A DNA stretch of 56,282 nt from Verrucomicrobiales bacterium (GTDB lineage Bacteria; Verrucomicrobiota; Verrucomicrobiia; Methylacidiphilales; JAAUTS01). The translations under genes and the position numbers were made by a program. How positions within the stretch are numbered: the first letter of the stretch is position 1; every line of letters starts with the position of its first letter. The notes beneath the pieces are model-generated. The model was given only the letters and a program-made list of their open reading frames with translations, was not told the origin of the DNA and ran no database searches. Of this stretch, positions 1 through 10,219 are shown one piece after another. The stretch spans positions 1 through 56,282 of the forward strand of contig JAISCS010000030.1 of the NCBI GenBank assembly GCA_031265365.1, in the 5' to 3' direction.

Positions 1-64
1 CTGCTGATGGTGAAAAAAGTGGACGCTAGGACCATTGCCGTTATTTTGTGAGCGCACAAAAATC

Positions 65-241
65 AATTCCCCTTCCGTGAAGGGGTGGCCGCGGAGCGGA
101 CGGGGTAGTTCAGCGTTAACAAGGACCTTGCCCCAAACGCGGAACTACCCCGTCGCTCCGCGCCACCCCTTCACGGAAGGGGAATTATTAAGCACTTACC
201 ACACGCCACCGCAATTCCACTGTTCACGGGATAGAACCAAA
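65..241. repeat. Family-A long hairpin, MITE-like element
   Basis: The left arm aattccccttccgtgaaggggtggccgcggagcggacggggtagttcagcgtt (65-117) has a near-perfect reverse complement at 136-186. A tail ending ctgttcacgggatagaacc follows (to 241). Related copies lie at 30422-30625, 43665-43900, 45764-45937 and 52819-53116. Confidence 0.8.
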
Positions 242-362
242 TCATTTTTGGTGCGCGCCAAAATCCTCATCCCCCCCAAAGCCCGCGCCAAAATCCCCTC
301 TTCCCACAACCGGTTTCCAGCTTAACCCATCGCGCCTTCGGATAGCGCCTCCGTTTGATTTT

Positions 363-443
363 TTAACGCAAAGACGCAAAGACTCATGACTAACCTGGTT
401 AAAAGATTCTTGGCGTCTTTGCCCCTTTGCGTCTTTGCGTTAA
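363..443. terminator. Family-B hairpin repeat overlapping the fumC stop codon; terminator-like stem-loop
   Basis: ttaacgcaaagacgcaaagac pairs with ctttgcgtctttgcgttaa across a ~35-nt loop. It sits immediately 3' of fumC (minus strand). Confidence 0.6.
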
Positions 444-1843
444 TTTCCGAATTCCCCAACCATCTGCTCCGGCTTCACCCACTCGTCGAATTGCTCCGGG
501 GTGACGTAGCCGAGTTGCACCGCCATCTCCTTCAGCGTGACGCCCCCCTGGTGCGCTTTTTGCGCGATTTCGGCGGCCGTGTAATAACCGATAGGCGGGT
601 TGAGCGCGGTGACCAGCATCAGCGAGTGGTCAACGTGCCGCCGGATGTTCGCTTCGATGGGTTCGAGACCGGCGGCGCATTTGTCGTTAAAACTGACGCA
701 GCCCTCGCCGAGGAGCCGGGCGCTGTGCAGGAAATTGTAAATCATCACCGGCTTGAACACGTTCAACTCAAACTGCCCGTTCGCGCCGCTGATGTTGATG
801 GTCACGTCGTTGCCGAGGACTTGCGCGGCGAGCATCGTCAGCGCCTCGCACTGCGTGGGGTTGACCTTGCCGGGCATGATGGACGAGCCGGGTTCGTTGT
901 CGGGGAGGCGCAACTCGCCGATGCCGGCGCGCGGGCCGGAGGCGAGCAGGCGCGTGTCGTTGGCGATTTTGAACAGGCTGACGGCGACGGTTTTCAACGC
1001 GCCGTGCGCCTCGACAATGGCGTCGTGCGCGGCCAGCGCCTCGAATTTGTTCGCGGCGCTGACGAACGGCAGGCCGGTGAGTTCGGCGATTTTCGCGGCG
1101 ACCGCGCCGGCGTAGCCGGGCGGCGTGTTGAGGCCGGTGCCGACGGCGGTGCCGCCCAGCGCCAGCTCGGACAAGTGCGCCAGCGAGTTGTTTATCGCGC
1201 GCAAGCCGTGCGTGAGTTGCGCGGCGTAACCGCCGAGTTCCTGCCCCACCGTCAGCGGCGTGGCGTCCATGCAATGCGTGCGCCCGATTTTGACGACGCG
1301 CATGTATTGCCGCGCCTTCGCCGTCAGCGTGTCGCGCAACCGCGTGATGCCGGGGACGGTCGTCTCGACCAACATCCGGTAAGCGGCAATGTGCATGGCC
1401 GTCGGGAACGTGTCGTTGGACGACTGCGATTTGTTCACATCATCGTTGGGATGCAAAAACTTGTCACGGTCAGCGAGCTTGCCGCCATGCAGGACGTGCC
1501 CGCGATACGCGATGACCTCGTTGACGTTCATGTTGCTCTGCGTCCCGCTGCCCGTCTGCCACACCACCAGCGGGAACTCGGCGTCGAGCTGGCCGGCGAG
1601 GATTTCATCGCACACGCTGGCGATGACCTTGGCCTTGTCGCGCGACAACACGCCGAGGTCGCGGTTCGTCAGCGCGGCGGCTTTTTTCAAAATGGCAAAC
1701 GCGCGGATGATTTCGCGCGGCATTTTGTTGATGTCGCGGGCGATGTTGAAATTGTCAATGCTGCGCTGCGTCTGCGCCCCGTAATAAGCGCCGGCGGGCA
1801 CCCGCACCTCGCCCAGCGTGTCATGTTCAACGCGGTAGTCCAT
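440..1843 (-). CDS. fumC: Class II fumarate hydratase
   Basis: Full-length match by eye to FumC, with the motifs [10 protein letters not shown] and [15 protein letters not shown]. The likely start is MDYRVEHD at 1843 rather than the ORF maximum at 1924. Confidence 0.95.
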   Translation of the reverse strand: MDYRVEHDTLGEVRVPAGAYYGAQTQRSIDNFNIARDINKMPREIIRAFAILKKAAALTNRDLGVLSRDKAKVIASVCDEILAGQLDAEFPLVVWQTGSGTQSNMNVNEVIAYRGHVLHGGKLADRDKFLHPNDDVNKSQSSNDTFPTAMHIAAYRMLVETTVPGITRLRDTLTAKARQYMRVVKIGRTHCMDATPLTVGQELGGYAAQLTHGLRAINNSLAHLSELALGGTAVGTGLNTPPGYAGAVAAKIAELTGLPFVSAANKFEALAAHDAIVEAHGALKTVAVSLFKIANDTRLLASGPRAGIGELRLPDNEPGSSIMPGKVNPTQCEALTMLAAQVLGNDVTINISGANGQFELNVFKPVMIYNFLHSARLLGEGCVSFNDKCAAGLEPIEANIRRHVDHSLMLVTALNPPIGYYTAAEIAQKAHQGGVTLKEMAVQLGYVTPEQFDEWVKPEQMVGEFGN

Positions 1844-2089
1844 GCCGCTAGGATAAACCACGAATGAGCGCGAATAAACACGAATTTTTTGGGTCACGGT
1901 CAGCGGGGTAATATTACGCGCCAACCGGCAGTTTGCACTTGTGCGTCATACTGCTAGGCGCCGCCGACCATAAACCCCAGGTTGACCTTGTGGCAACACG
2001 CCGTTGACACGCTGGAAAGCCGCTGGCGATGAAAAAATATTGCCACAAATAACTTGTCTCACTGTCAGCGAGTGGTAAACTGGCGGCGT

Positions 2090-2566
2090 ATGAACCATGG
2101 TTTCTTTCAAATTTTCTCCGATAAAAACATTGCCCCACGAGAACTCACCGATTTGCTGGTCGCCGTCGGTTGGGAGCCGCCACTGGCGGAGCGTGATGAT
2201 ACTGAAACGTTTTTGGCGAAACGTGGCGAGGCGTTGGCGAGGGCGTATTTCATTGCTTACGCCCGCGATGAAAAAGACCGGCTGGTCGGTTTCGTCAGCG
2301 TCGCGCGGGGATTTGCGGAATTTGTCGAATTGCTGTTAGTGCATCCGAAGGTGCAACGTCGCGGCGTCGGCGGGTCACTGTTAGCGGCGGTCGCGCAACA
2401 TTTTCACGGACGCCCGTTTTACGTTACGCCGTTCAAAGACCAGCAAGATTATTTTATCCGGCAAGGGTTCAAAATCGCCCGCCGCCCGATGACGGTTTTG
2501 TTTCATCCCAATGGCATGAAACCTCTCGCGCCGACCCCGGAAACGCAAGAGTCTTTGCCGAGGTAA
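2090..2566 (+). CDS. GNAT family N-acetyltransferase
   Basis: Acetyl-CoA motif A, VQRRGVGGSLL. ATG at 2090 is preferred over the TTG at 2054. Confidence 0.75.
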   Translation: MNHGFFQIFSDKNIAPRELTDLLVAVGWEPPLAERDDTETFLAKRGEALARAYFIAYARDEKDRLVGFVSVARGFAEFVELLLVHPKVQRRGVGGSLLAAVAQHFHGRPFYVTPFKDQQDYFIRQGFKIARRPMTVLFHPNGMKPLAPTPETQESLPR

Positions 2567-2633
2567 GCCGCTGACGGTGACGCATGAATAATTGGCGTGT
2601 ATTCGCGTTCGCTCGTGGTACACTTCCGTTTCT

Positions 2634-2960
2634 ATGTATTGGACGATTTTACTGTTAGCGGGTGTGTTTGAGGTCGGGTTCACGACGTGTTTGAAAATGT
2701 CGGGCGGGTTCACGCGGCTGTGGCCGACGGTGGCGTTTTGTGTGTGCGCGCTGGCGAGCTTCGGGCTGCTGACGCTGTCGCTCAAGGGCATCCCGCTGGG
2801 CACGGCATACGCGGTGTGGACGGGCATCGGCGCGGCGGGCACGCTGCTGATGGGCATCTGGCTGTTCAAGGACCCGACGACGACGCTGCGGCTGGTGCTG
2901 GTGTGCGGCATCATCGGCTGCGTGGTCGGGCTGAAATTCATCGCGCCGGAGAGCCATTGA
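2634..2960 (+). CDS. sugE: SMR-family small multidrug/guanidinium exporter (SugE/Gdx-like)
   Basis: A ~108-aa protein with four TM segments, MYWTILLLAGVFEVGFTTCLK...AYAVWTGIGAAGT, including the conserved membrane Glu. ATG at 2634. Confidence 0.85.
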   Translation: MYWTILLLAGVFEVGFTTCLKMSGGFTRLWPTVAFCVCALASFGLLTLSLKGIPLGTAYAVWTGIGAAGTLLMGIWLFKDPTTTLRLVLVCGIIGCVVGLKFIAPESH

Positions 2961-2985
2961 CGCCGGTGGTTAGGATGTTTTCGAT

Positions 2986-3061
2986 GTTCGCGCGGAGCCG
3001 CTAAGACGCGGAGAATTTATTAGGTTAAAAATATTCCGCGTTTCCGCGTCGCCGCGCGAAC
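2986..3061. terminator. Family-B-like hairpin downstream of sugE
   Basis: gttcgcgcggagccgctaagacgcggag ... ccgcgtttccgcgtcgccgcgcgaac forms an inverted repeat around an AT-rich loop. Confidence 0.55.
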
Positions 3062-3251
3062 ATTGTGGTTTGGAACTGGTAACGGTAGCCCGCTGTCAAA
3101 CCTCACGGTTTGTCGCGCTTGTCGCCGAAGCTGACCGCCGCCGTGCTGGGGTGCGTGAAATCGTGGAAGTGGCTCTTGTAGAGGGGAATTGTTGCCGTTA
3201 TCTTCGGGTGAAATGCTATCGAATGAACCGCCGAATATTTGAGGTGGTTTT

Positions 3252-3683
3252 TTATAGGCAGAGTTCCACTCCCACCGTTTGCGCGGCGGCAGTTAGCGCT
3301 TCGTCCTTGGTCGCCAGCGGCAAGCCGCGCCGGAGGGCGAGTTCGAGGTAGGCGGCGTCGTAGGCGGCGTCGTAGGCGGTGAGTTGGTGGCGGATGGCGA
3401 GGGTGTGGGTTTGCGACCAGGCGTTGGTCATGGTGTCAGGGTCAACGTTAATATCAAAGGCTTGCATTCTGATGAAAAAGTCTTTGGCTTTTTCCATGGT
3501 GGTTCGTTGCCGGCGCACAGCGGTTAGCAAGACATTGCAGATTTCCAGATGCCATAAGGTAGGAACCCACGCGCGCGCGCCATCCGCCAGGCGCTCATGC
3601 AAACGGTCACTTTCTGGAGTGGCCTCGTCCATAAAAATCCACGACAAAGCCGCCGAACTGTCCAATACCAATTCGTTGCTCAT
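3252..3683 (-). CDS. vapC: PIN-domain toxin (VapC family)
   Basis: N-terminal LVLDSSA with the conserved Asp, plus YDAAYLELA and ATKD motifs. A 4-nt ATGA overlap joins it to the upstream antitoxin gene. Confidence 0.85.
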   Translation of the reverse strand: MSNELVLDSSAALSWIFMDEATPESDRLHERLADGARAWVPTLWHLEICNVLLTAVRRQRTTMEKAKDFFIRMQAFDINVDPDTMTNAWSQTHTLAIRHQLTAYDAAYDAAYLELALRRGLPLATKDEALTAAAQTVGVELCL

Positions 3684-3931
3684 GCCCGCCCGTCTTCCCG
3701 CGCGGCGCGCAAGTCAAGCCCTTTGGCAAAACAGTCTTTGCGTAATTCACGCAACTCCATGAGGGCCTGCCAGCGACGTTCTCGAAGTTCATCCTTGCAG
3801 GAAACTATCTCCGCGACGGGATGGTGTTGCTTGAAGATGGTGACGGTCTCGCCGCGGGCGATTTGCCCCAGCAGCCGGTCAATCTTGGCGGCGAAGTCGG
3901 TGTCCTCGATTTCTGCGTATTGCGTGCTCAT
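3680..3931 (-). CDS. Type II antitoxin (Phd/YefM-like) paired with VapC
   Basis: An 83-aa ORF directly upstream of, and overlapping, the PIN toxin gene. It carries GETVTIFKQHHPVAEIV. Start taken at MSTQYAEI (3931). Confidence 0.7.
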   Translation of the reverse strand: MSTQYAEIEDTDFAAKIDRLLGQIARGETVTIFKQHHPVAEIVSCKDELRERRWQALMELRELRKDCFAKGLDLRAAREDGRA

Positions 3932-4039
3932 GGCCTCAAAATAACCGCGACAGGAAATTTTCGCAAGCAAGTTATCCGCTGTTAGCGCGGAAGAACGCGG
4001 GGCGAAAATGACTGACCGTCACAAATTTTTCATCGCCCT

Positions 4040-5116
4040 TTATTCCGCGCCGCCAGCCTTCGCCTTTTTCGCGTCACCGTCAGCGGCGGGGCCGTCGAGC
4101 TTGGCGAGCAGGGCTTTTTCCACGCGGGCGTAGAGGTCGGCGTTGTTCTTCAACTCTTCCTTCGCGGCATCGCGGCCCTGAGCCATTTGCACGCCCTCGA
4201 ACGACAGCCACGCACCGCGTTTCTCGATAACGTTTTGCTCAATTGCGAGGTCGAGCAGCGAGCCGGTCTTGGAGATGCCCTCGTTGTACATGATGTCAAA
4301 CTCCGCCTCGGTGAATGGCGGGGCGACTTTGTTTTTCACCAGCTTGACGCGCGTGCGGTTGCCGGTGACGGTGCCGTCGGCCTGCTTGATGGCGCCGATG
4401 CGGCGGATGTCCACGCGCACGCTGGCGTAGAATTTCAGCGCCTTGCCGCCCGGCGTCGTTTCGGGGTTGCCGAACATCACGCCGATTTTCTCGCGGATTT
4501 GGTTGGTGAAAATGCAAATGGTTTTCGACTTGCTGATGATGGCGGTCAGTTTCCGCATCGCCTGGCTCATCAAGCGCGCTTGCGAACCGACCACCGCGTC
4601 GCCCATCTGCCCCTCCAGCTCGTTCTTCGTGACCAGCGCGGCGACGGAGTCCACCACCAGCACGTCAATCGCGTTGGAGCGAATCAGCGTCTCGGCGATG
4701 GTCAGCGCCTCCTCGCCGGAGTCGGGTTGCGAGACCAGCAACTCGTTCATGTTCACGCCCAGCTTCCGCGCGTAGCCCGGGTCGAGCGCGTGCTCCACGT
4801 CCACGAACGCCGCCGTGCCGCCGCGTTTCTGCGCCTCGGCGACCACGGTCAGCGTCAGCGTGGTTTTGCCGGACGATTCCGGGCCGAAAATCTCGACGAT
4901 GCGCCCGCGCGGGAAGCCGCCCACGCCCAGCGCGCGGTCAATCACGACGCTGCCGGTGGGGATGACCTCGATTTTCAACTTCGCCGCCTCGTCGCCAAGG
5001 CGGAGGATGGAGTTGTCGCCGTACTGCTTGACGATGGACTGGATGGCGAGGTCGAGGTTTTTGCGGTCGCGGCTGTCAGCGGCAGCGGCGGGTTTGTTTT
5101 CGATTCTAGGCGGCAT
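4040..5116 (-). CDS. recA: Recombinase RecA
   Basis: Walker [11 protein letters not shown] and full-length RecA similarity ([30 protein letters not shown]-like). ATG at 5116 (MPPRIENK) is preceded by aagga. Confidence 0.97.
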   Translation of the reverse strand: MPPRIENKPAAAADSRDRKNLDLAIQSIVKQYGDNSILRLGDEAAKLKIEVIPTGSVVIDRALGVGGFPRGRIVEIFGPESSGKTTLTLTVVAEAQKRGGTAAFVDVEHALDPGYARKLGVNMNELLVSQPDSGEEALTIAETLIRSNAIDVLVVDSVAALVTKNELEGQMGDAVVGSQARLMSQAMRKLTAIISKSKTICIFTNQIREKIGVMFGNPETTPGGKALKFYASVRVDIRRIGAIKQADGTVTGNRTRVKLVKNKVAPPFTEAEFDIMYNEGISKTGSLLDLAIEQNVIEKRGAWLSFEGVQMAQGRDAAKEELKNNADLYARVEKALLAKLDGPAADGDAKKAKAGGAE

Positions 5117-5444
5117 ATATAATCCTTGGTTAAATTTAGGGCAAAGATTTTCCACGCTGACGACAGGATGTCCAGCGCGAATTTGTAAAACTTTGCGTGA
5201 TATTCGTGAACAAACGGCGTGAATGTAAATATTTGTAAAACCGTCTGCATTTACTCTTGTGTCAGCGGGTTAATATTTTGGGGAAAACTCAGGTCATGAA
5301 GAAGTCAAAGCGCGACACGATAGGCGTGGATAATTTAAGGGCTGGATGAGTGGGATGGCCTGTTGTAAAATATCAAATCGCTGAAATTCTCCAGTACTTA
5401 TGGACAAGCCACATAAAACCGAAGAAGAAGAAGGAAAACGCGCA

Positions 5445-5768
5445 ATGAATAATATTAATTTGCCGCACTCAATCCCGTGTATAAAAATTCCCGATGAAAT
5501 ATGGTTTAATATTGTAAGACTAAAACGGTATTCCACAGGTTTTCTAAGTGCAGTAAGACTTATTAACGGCACAATTTTAGAAGACATGATTACCTGTAAT
5601 CGAGGATACATTTTAGGACGTTTTGCGGAAGGACTTGCGGGCGGGCATGGTCATATTGTCAATTCAATGTTGACATTTAAGACGGAAGATATTAGCGCAA
5701 TTAGAGTGCCCGCATTCCATTTTTGGCAATCTCGAAAGTGGATAAAACTGGAAGGAATTACTACTTGA
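5445..5768 (+). CDS. Hypothetical protein in an AT-rich insert between cinA and recA
   Basis: ATG at 5445 is preceded by gaaggaaaa. The GC content is low and I recognise no motif. Its orientation opposes the flanking operon. Confidence 0.4.
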   Translation: MNNINLPHSIPCIKIPDEIWFNIVRLKRYSTGFLSAVRLINGTILEDMITCNRGYILGRFAEGLAGGHGHIVNSMLTFKTEDISAIRVPAFHFWQSRKWIKLEGITT

Positions 5769-5810
5769 ACGAGGACGGTTGTTATTGGTTGTAAAAAATG
5801 AACCGTTGAC

Positions 5811-7049
5811 TCATAACTCCACCAACTTCAATCGCAGCAAATTCAGCGCGAATTGCGCGGCGGTGTGTTTGAAATCGGAGCGGTCGGGGACGAGGAGCTG
5901 ATGGTGTGTCTCAACGCGCGGCTCACCGTCAGCGGCGCGCCACGCGAGGCCAGCGTGCAGCGTGCCGACCGGTTTTCCCACCGTGCCGCCGTCGGGTCCG
6001 GCAATGCCGGTGAGCGCGACCGCCAAGTCGCAGCCGCTGACGGTCAGCGCGCCAAGCGCCATTTCGCGCGCGCACTCGGCGCTGACGGCGCCGTGCTGGC
6101 GCAAGGTTTCGCCGCTGACGTTCAACTCGTCTTGCTTGGACTGGTTGCTGTAGATGACCCAACCACGTTGCAGAACGGCAGACGCGCCGGGCACGTCAGT
6201 CAACCGGCTCGCCACCAGCCCGCCGGTGCAGGATTCGGCAGTGGCGATGGTTTTGTTTTTCGCGCGGGCGCTGGTGATGACGGCTTGCTCCATCGTCGCG
6301 TCACCGTCAGCGTAAACGGCGTCGCCGAGGATGGCGTGGGCGGTGGCGGCGGCTCGATTGACCAACGCACCGTCAGCGGCGATAAAACGCAAATCCACCT
6401 CGCCAAGCCGCGCGCAGTAGCCGATGTCAATGCCATCGCCGAGGTCGCACACGGCTTGCTCGACGCGCTCTTGCACTAACGATTCACCAATGCCGTACAC
6501 CCGCAACGTCCTGACCGTCAGCGGCGGTGTGTCGGCGAATAATTTTCGCAACACCGGCAGCGCGTAATTCTCAAACATCGGCTTCAATTCACACGGCGGT
6601 CCCGGCAGACAAAACACGTGCTTGCCGTCCTTTTGCAACCACAAGCCGGGCGCGCTGCCGTGGTCATTGGGCAACACCGTCGCCCCGCGCGGCACGAACG
6701 CTTGCGCGCGGGTTAACGCGCCCGGCACATGGTGACGCCTGGCGAAGTAGGCGTGAATTTTATCCAAAATTTCCTGATGAAACTCCAGCGGCACGTCGAA
6801 AATCCTAGCGATCAAATCGCGCGTCACATCATCCGAAGTCGGCCCCAAGCCGCCGCTGACCAGCACCACCTCGCTACGGTTCAACGCCTCACGAATAGCG
6901 TCCCCAATCGCCACCCCGTCCGGCACAATCGCCGCCCGCGCCACGCTGACACCCAGCGGCAACAGTTGTTCCGAAAAATAACCGAGGTGCGTGTTCAACA
7001 TCCGCCCCAGCAACAACTCGCTGCCGGTGTTAATGACTTCCAGCTTCAT
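5811..7049 (-). CDS. cinA: CinA-family competence/damage-inducible protein (MoCF-binding domain + PncC-like nicotinamide-nucleotide amidase)
   Basis: MKLEVINTGSELLLG...VVLVSGGLGPTSDDVT at the N-terminus; C-terminal TAESCTGGLVA motif. Confidence 0.93.
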   Translation of the reverse strand: MKLEVINTGSELLLGRMLNTHLGYFSEQLLPLGVSVARAAIVPDGVAIGDAIREALNRSEVVLVSGGLGPTSDDVTRDLIARIFDVPLEFHQEILDKIHAYFARRHHVPGALTRAQAFVPRGATVLPNDHGSAPGLWLQKDGKHVFCLPGPPCELKPMFENYALPVLRKLFADTPPLTVRTLRVYGIGESLVQERVEQAVCDLGDGIDIGYCARLGEVDLRFIAADGALVNRAAATAHAILGDAVYADGDATMEQAVITSARAKNKTIATAESCTGGLVASRLTDVPGASAVLQRGWVIYSNQSKQDELNVSGETLRQHGAVSAECAREMALGALTVSGCDLAVALTGIAGPDGGTVGKPVGTLHAGLAWRAADGEPRVETHHQLLVPDRSDFKHTAAQFALNLLRLKLVEL

Positions 7050-9511
7050 GCAAAGCCCGCCATATCCGCCAAACGAAATTCTTGCTCCGCTACCGGACGG
7101 TTGATTTTACTATCCCATGTCACCGTGAACCAGTGGGTGTCATCGTTTAAATAAAGAATCATCGCCCGCCCATAGACGCGGTGCTCAGCCAGCACTTTAG
7201 GCGCCTCATTCTTATCCGTAAAATCTCGTTTGGTATCCACCAATAATATTTTATCCTCGGTACGCCGACCGTTGATGCCAATGATGAAATCTGGGAAAAA
7301 TCCTTTGCCGTCGGTGCGCAGAACATTCACCGACCAAGGTTCATGCGGTTCATTGCGGTGCCACCACGCCACGATGTTGTTAGGCTCACGGTCTAATTTT
7401 TCAACGAAAAGACGTTCCCAAGTGTTCAAGTTTGGCGGCATGACGCCATAAACATTACGCGGCGACACTGTCAGCGGCCTGTCACTTTGGAGTTCTTTTG
7501 GTAATTCTTCAGTCTCGACAATTTCCATGTGCCGGGCCGTCGCTTCCTTTTGAGCGTTGCGCAATAAGTCAGGATACGCGGCGATGATTACATCCAAAAA
7601 ACTGGCCACTGTTTCCGGTTCACCAGCCTGCGGCATCGCTTCCTCACGCATCACCTCGCGCATTTTTTGCAACAATACACGGCGCAATTCACGGGCGTCG
7701 AACAATTGGTTTTTCAGCAAAAATTTTTGCGCTATTAGCGCCGCGTGTTCTGGTGATACGTCGGCCGCGTATTTGAATTCCTGCTGGACGACACCCGTAA
7801 AAATCTCCAAGGTGCGCTTTTCCACCGACACTTTGTTTTTTAGCGCTTCAAATAACGCGCGGGTGGAGACCTTGAACAGATTGGCGCATTCCTCCTCAAT
7901 GGCCGCATTATCAGTGCCAGCCTCTTGGGATTTGAATTTTCGCGGTACATCCCCGCGCAGTGAACAACAATGGTTCCCATTGTGGTTTTTTGTCCCGCCG
8001 CCCGTTGCGGTCGCTGACGCTGACGGTTTGGGTGCGCCGTCGAAAAATGCGCCGAAGTCAAAACTATCATTTCGTGCGCCGTTGCTGACGGTGGTGGCAA
8101 AGTTATCATGTTCAGCGTTGCCAAATCCCGCGTGTTGCGTTTCCCCTTGCAACACGAAATCAGTCTGCCCGCCATGCTCCACGCCGCTGACGATGGCAGT
8201 ACCGGCGCCAATGTTCATTCTGACCAAGGCGTTGCTGACGGTGGCGTAAGCGGTTTGGATTTGGTTGATGCGTTGCCCGGCCTCGTCAAGCCCGGTCTGC
8301 GTCTTGGGGTCGGCGAGGAATACATAACCATGAGCGAGTTCGTCCGGCAGGGTTTTATTGCGCGCTCTCGCTTGCAACAACCGGTGTGTTCGCAAAATTC
8401 GCCCCACCAACTGCACGCCAAAATCAGCGTCGCGGCTTGCCCGTGTGGAAACCAGCGTGAACGCGCGCGGGGCGTCGAAACCCAGCGCCACCGCCATTTT
8501 AAAAATCAACACCTCGCGCTGCTCGTCGTTCGCCAATGCCAGCAGACCGGCGTCCGGCTCCTCCGCCGTGTGCGTGGCGATTTGTTTCTCGGCGAAGCCC
8601 AACTCCAGCAAACGCTGCCGTAAATTTTCCACCTCACGCGCACCATTGCCCGCCTGTACCAGCAACAGCGGGGTCAACGGGATTTTTAATTCCGCCAACC
8701 GCGCCTTGAGTTGCCGGTGCGCCCGTATCGCGTCACGCAGAGCGGTGCCCGGCAAATCCACCAGCGAACGTTTTGTTTCCTCCACAAAATACGCCATGCA
8801 TTTGACTCCGCGCTTGATAAGTCCGGCGTCAACCGCGTCCGCGCGGCTGACGCTGACGCGATGCAATTCCGCGATGCCAAGCGCTTTTTCAAATTCGCGC
8901 ACGTCGCGGTCATCCGGCGTCGCGGTAACCAAAATGCAATAATCGGGGCGCAAAATTTCGTGAAAAAATTTCGCCGCCTGCGTGTCTTTGCCGAAGCCGT
9001 GATGCGCCTCGTCCACCACCACCCCGAGGCGAAAACCTTGCTCGCGCAGACTCACCGTCAGCGTGTCCACCGACGGATTGCTCTCGCTCTCGCGGCGCAA
9101 ATTGCGCCGGTCAGTCACGCGTGTCGCCACGGTTTGCCATGTGGTTACGAACACATCGCCGGCGCGATTGTTATCCAGCGAGCGGTCATGAGCCAAATCG
9201 CGCAACCGCAATCCGGCACATTGTTCGCGCAAAAAAGCCGCTGTCTGTCCAACCACGCCCTTGAACGGCGCGAACCAAAACCACACGACTTTTTCCTCGC
9301 GGGAAAAATTTTCAATAATATTCCCCGCCATCAGCGTCTTGCCGCTGCCGGTGGGAGCTTCGATGAGCAAATAACCGTTGTGCTTGACCACCGTCGCGCG
9401 CCGCCCCTCATCGTCAGCGGCGATATCCAGTTGTCGCGCTGCTTCCGTGAACAATGCAACACCACTGCCAATGGCTTTTTTCTGAAATTCGACGGGGGTT
9501 TGGAGTTTCAT
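7046..9511 (-). CDS. res: DEAH-box helicase with C-terminal PD-(D/E)xK-like nuclease module (type III restriction Res-like subunit)
   Basis: Helicase motifs EAPTGSGKT, VVDEAHHG and VTATP. The C-terminus carries FFPDFII...ILLVDTKRD. Its stop overlaps the cinA ATG (ATGA). Confidence 0.8.
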   Translation of the reverse strand: MKLQTPVEFQKKAIGSGVALFTEAARQLDIAADDEGRRATVVKHNGYLLIEAPTGSGKTLMAGNIIENFSREEKVVWFWFAPFKGVVGQTAAFLREQCAGLRLRDLAHDRSLDNNRAGDVFVTTWQTVATRVTDRRNLRRESESNPSVDTLTVSLREQGFRLGVVVDEAHHGFGKDTQAAKFFHEILRPDYCILVTATPDDRDVREFEKALGIAELHRVSVSRADAVDAGLIKRGVKCMAYFVEETKRSLVDLPGTALRDAIRAHRQLKARLAELKIPLTPLLLVQAGNGAREVENLRQRLLELGFAEKQIATHTAEEPDAGLLALANDEQREVLIFKMAVALGFDAPRAFTLVSTRASRDADFGVQLVGRILRTHRLLQARARNKTLPDELAHGYVFLADPKTQTGLDEAGQRINQIQTAYATVSNALVRMNIGAGTAIVSGVEHGGQTDFVLQGETQHAGFGNAEHDNFATTVSNGARNDSFDFGAFFDGAPKPSASATATGGGTKNHNGNHCCSLRGDVPRKFKSQEAGTDNAAIEEECANLFKVSTRALFEALKNKVSVEKRTLEIFTGVVQQEFKYAADVSPEHAALIAQKFLLKNQLFDARELRRVLLQKMREVMREEAMPQAGEPETVASFLDVIIAAYPDLLRNAQKEATARHMEIVETEELPKELQSDRPLTVSPRNVYGVMPPNLNTWERLFVEKLDREPNNIVAWWHRNEPHEPWSVNVLRTDGKGFFPDFIIGINGRRTEDKILLVDTKRDFTDKNEAPKVLAEHRVYGRAMILYLNDDTHWFTVTWDSKINRPVAEQEFRLADMAGFA

Positions 9512-9517
9512 GGGAAG

Positions 9518-10216
9518 TTAGTTTAATTGAATCCAAAAGTGGTGAAGTTGAATGGTTGGAGATTTGCAATCAGCCGTATTACGGGGGTGTGAAGAAGTTG
9601 AATATGCTAATCCATTACATTTACTAAATTGGATATTCAATAATTTTTCGCAAGGATTCCACAATACCGGGGCGTCATTTGCCAGTTGGTCAATCCAACC
9701 GTTGATAATAGGATACCAGTCTTTGGGTGTTTGTTCCTGAACATATCCAACGATAATAGCCTTTTCATGTTCTTTGCCATGTTTCCCAAGTTTAAACCGC
9801 TGAATGCCACCAGTTATTTCTCCATTTTCGCCAGTCACATATTCCCGCTCCCTGTCCTTGGTAGGCGCTGGAAGACGCTTTGCTTCTATCAAAAGGATAG
9901 GTTGTGAATAATTATAACTTCTGCCGCTAACCATCACAGTCTCTCGCGGCTTGGCGGCAATATCGACAGAGCGCGAGTTTTCTTCTTCATCCTGTTCGTG
10001 GCGAAAATATATCATGCGATGCGAAATGGTTAAAAAATCACTAAGATTACCATTTAATTTTCTTTCAGGCTTGGTGTGTTTGCCTTTTAGCGCGTCATCA
10101 TTACTCCACGGCAAAAGAGAATTATAAACAAATTCGATAGTTTCTTGGATAAGTGAATCAGGGGGAATTATTTCTTCGCTGGGGCGATTAGAAAATGTGG
10201 GGGGTGGAAGTGCCAT
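9518..10216 (-). CDS. Hypothetical PD-(D/E)xK-fold nuclease candidate
   Basis: SVDIAAKP...(about 24 aa)...ILLIEAKRL fits the D-(x)n-E-x-K pattern. The gene is AT-rich and lies 3 nt downstream of the methyltransferase gene. Confidence 0.5.
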   Translation of the reverse strand: MALPPPTFSNRPSEEIIPPDSLIQETIEFVYNSLLPWSNDDALKGKHTKPERKLNGNLSDFLTISHRMIYFRHEQDEEENSRSVDIAAKPRETVMVSGRSYNYSQPILLIEAKRLPAPTKDREREYVTGENGEITGGIQRFKLGKHGKEHEKAIIVGYVQEQTPKDWYPIINGWIDQLANDAPVLWNPCEKLLNIQFSKCNGLAYSTSSHPRNTADCKSPTIQLHHFWIQLN

Positions 10217-10219
10217 AAG

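Noticed and set aside
386-1867. 493-aa ORF on the plus strand
   Set aside because: It is antisense to the clearly recognisable fumC. Its Arg/Ala/Gly-rich, low-complexity composition is typical of shadow ORFs in GC-rich DNA.
3070-3351. 93-aa plus-strand ORF downstream of sugE
   Set aside because: It overlaps the hairpin repeat and the 3' end of vapC on the opposite strand. I see no motif and no plausible start context.
5117-5260. LexA/SOS box upstream of recA
   Set aside because: On the recA-sense strand I found only ttgttcacgaatatc. This gives one TGTTC half-site without the matching GAACA half of the TGTTC-N4-GAACA motif I recall for Verrucomicrobia. That is not enough for a call.
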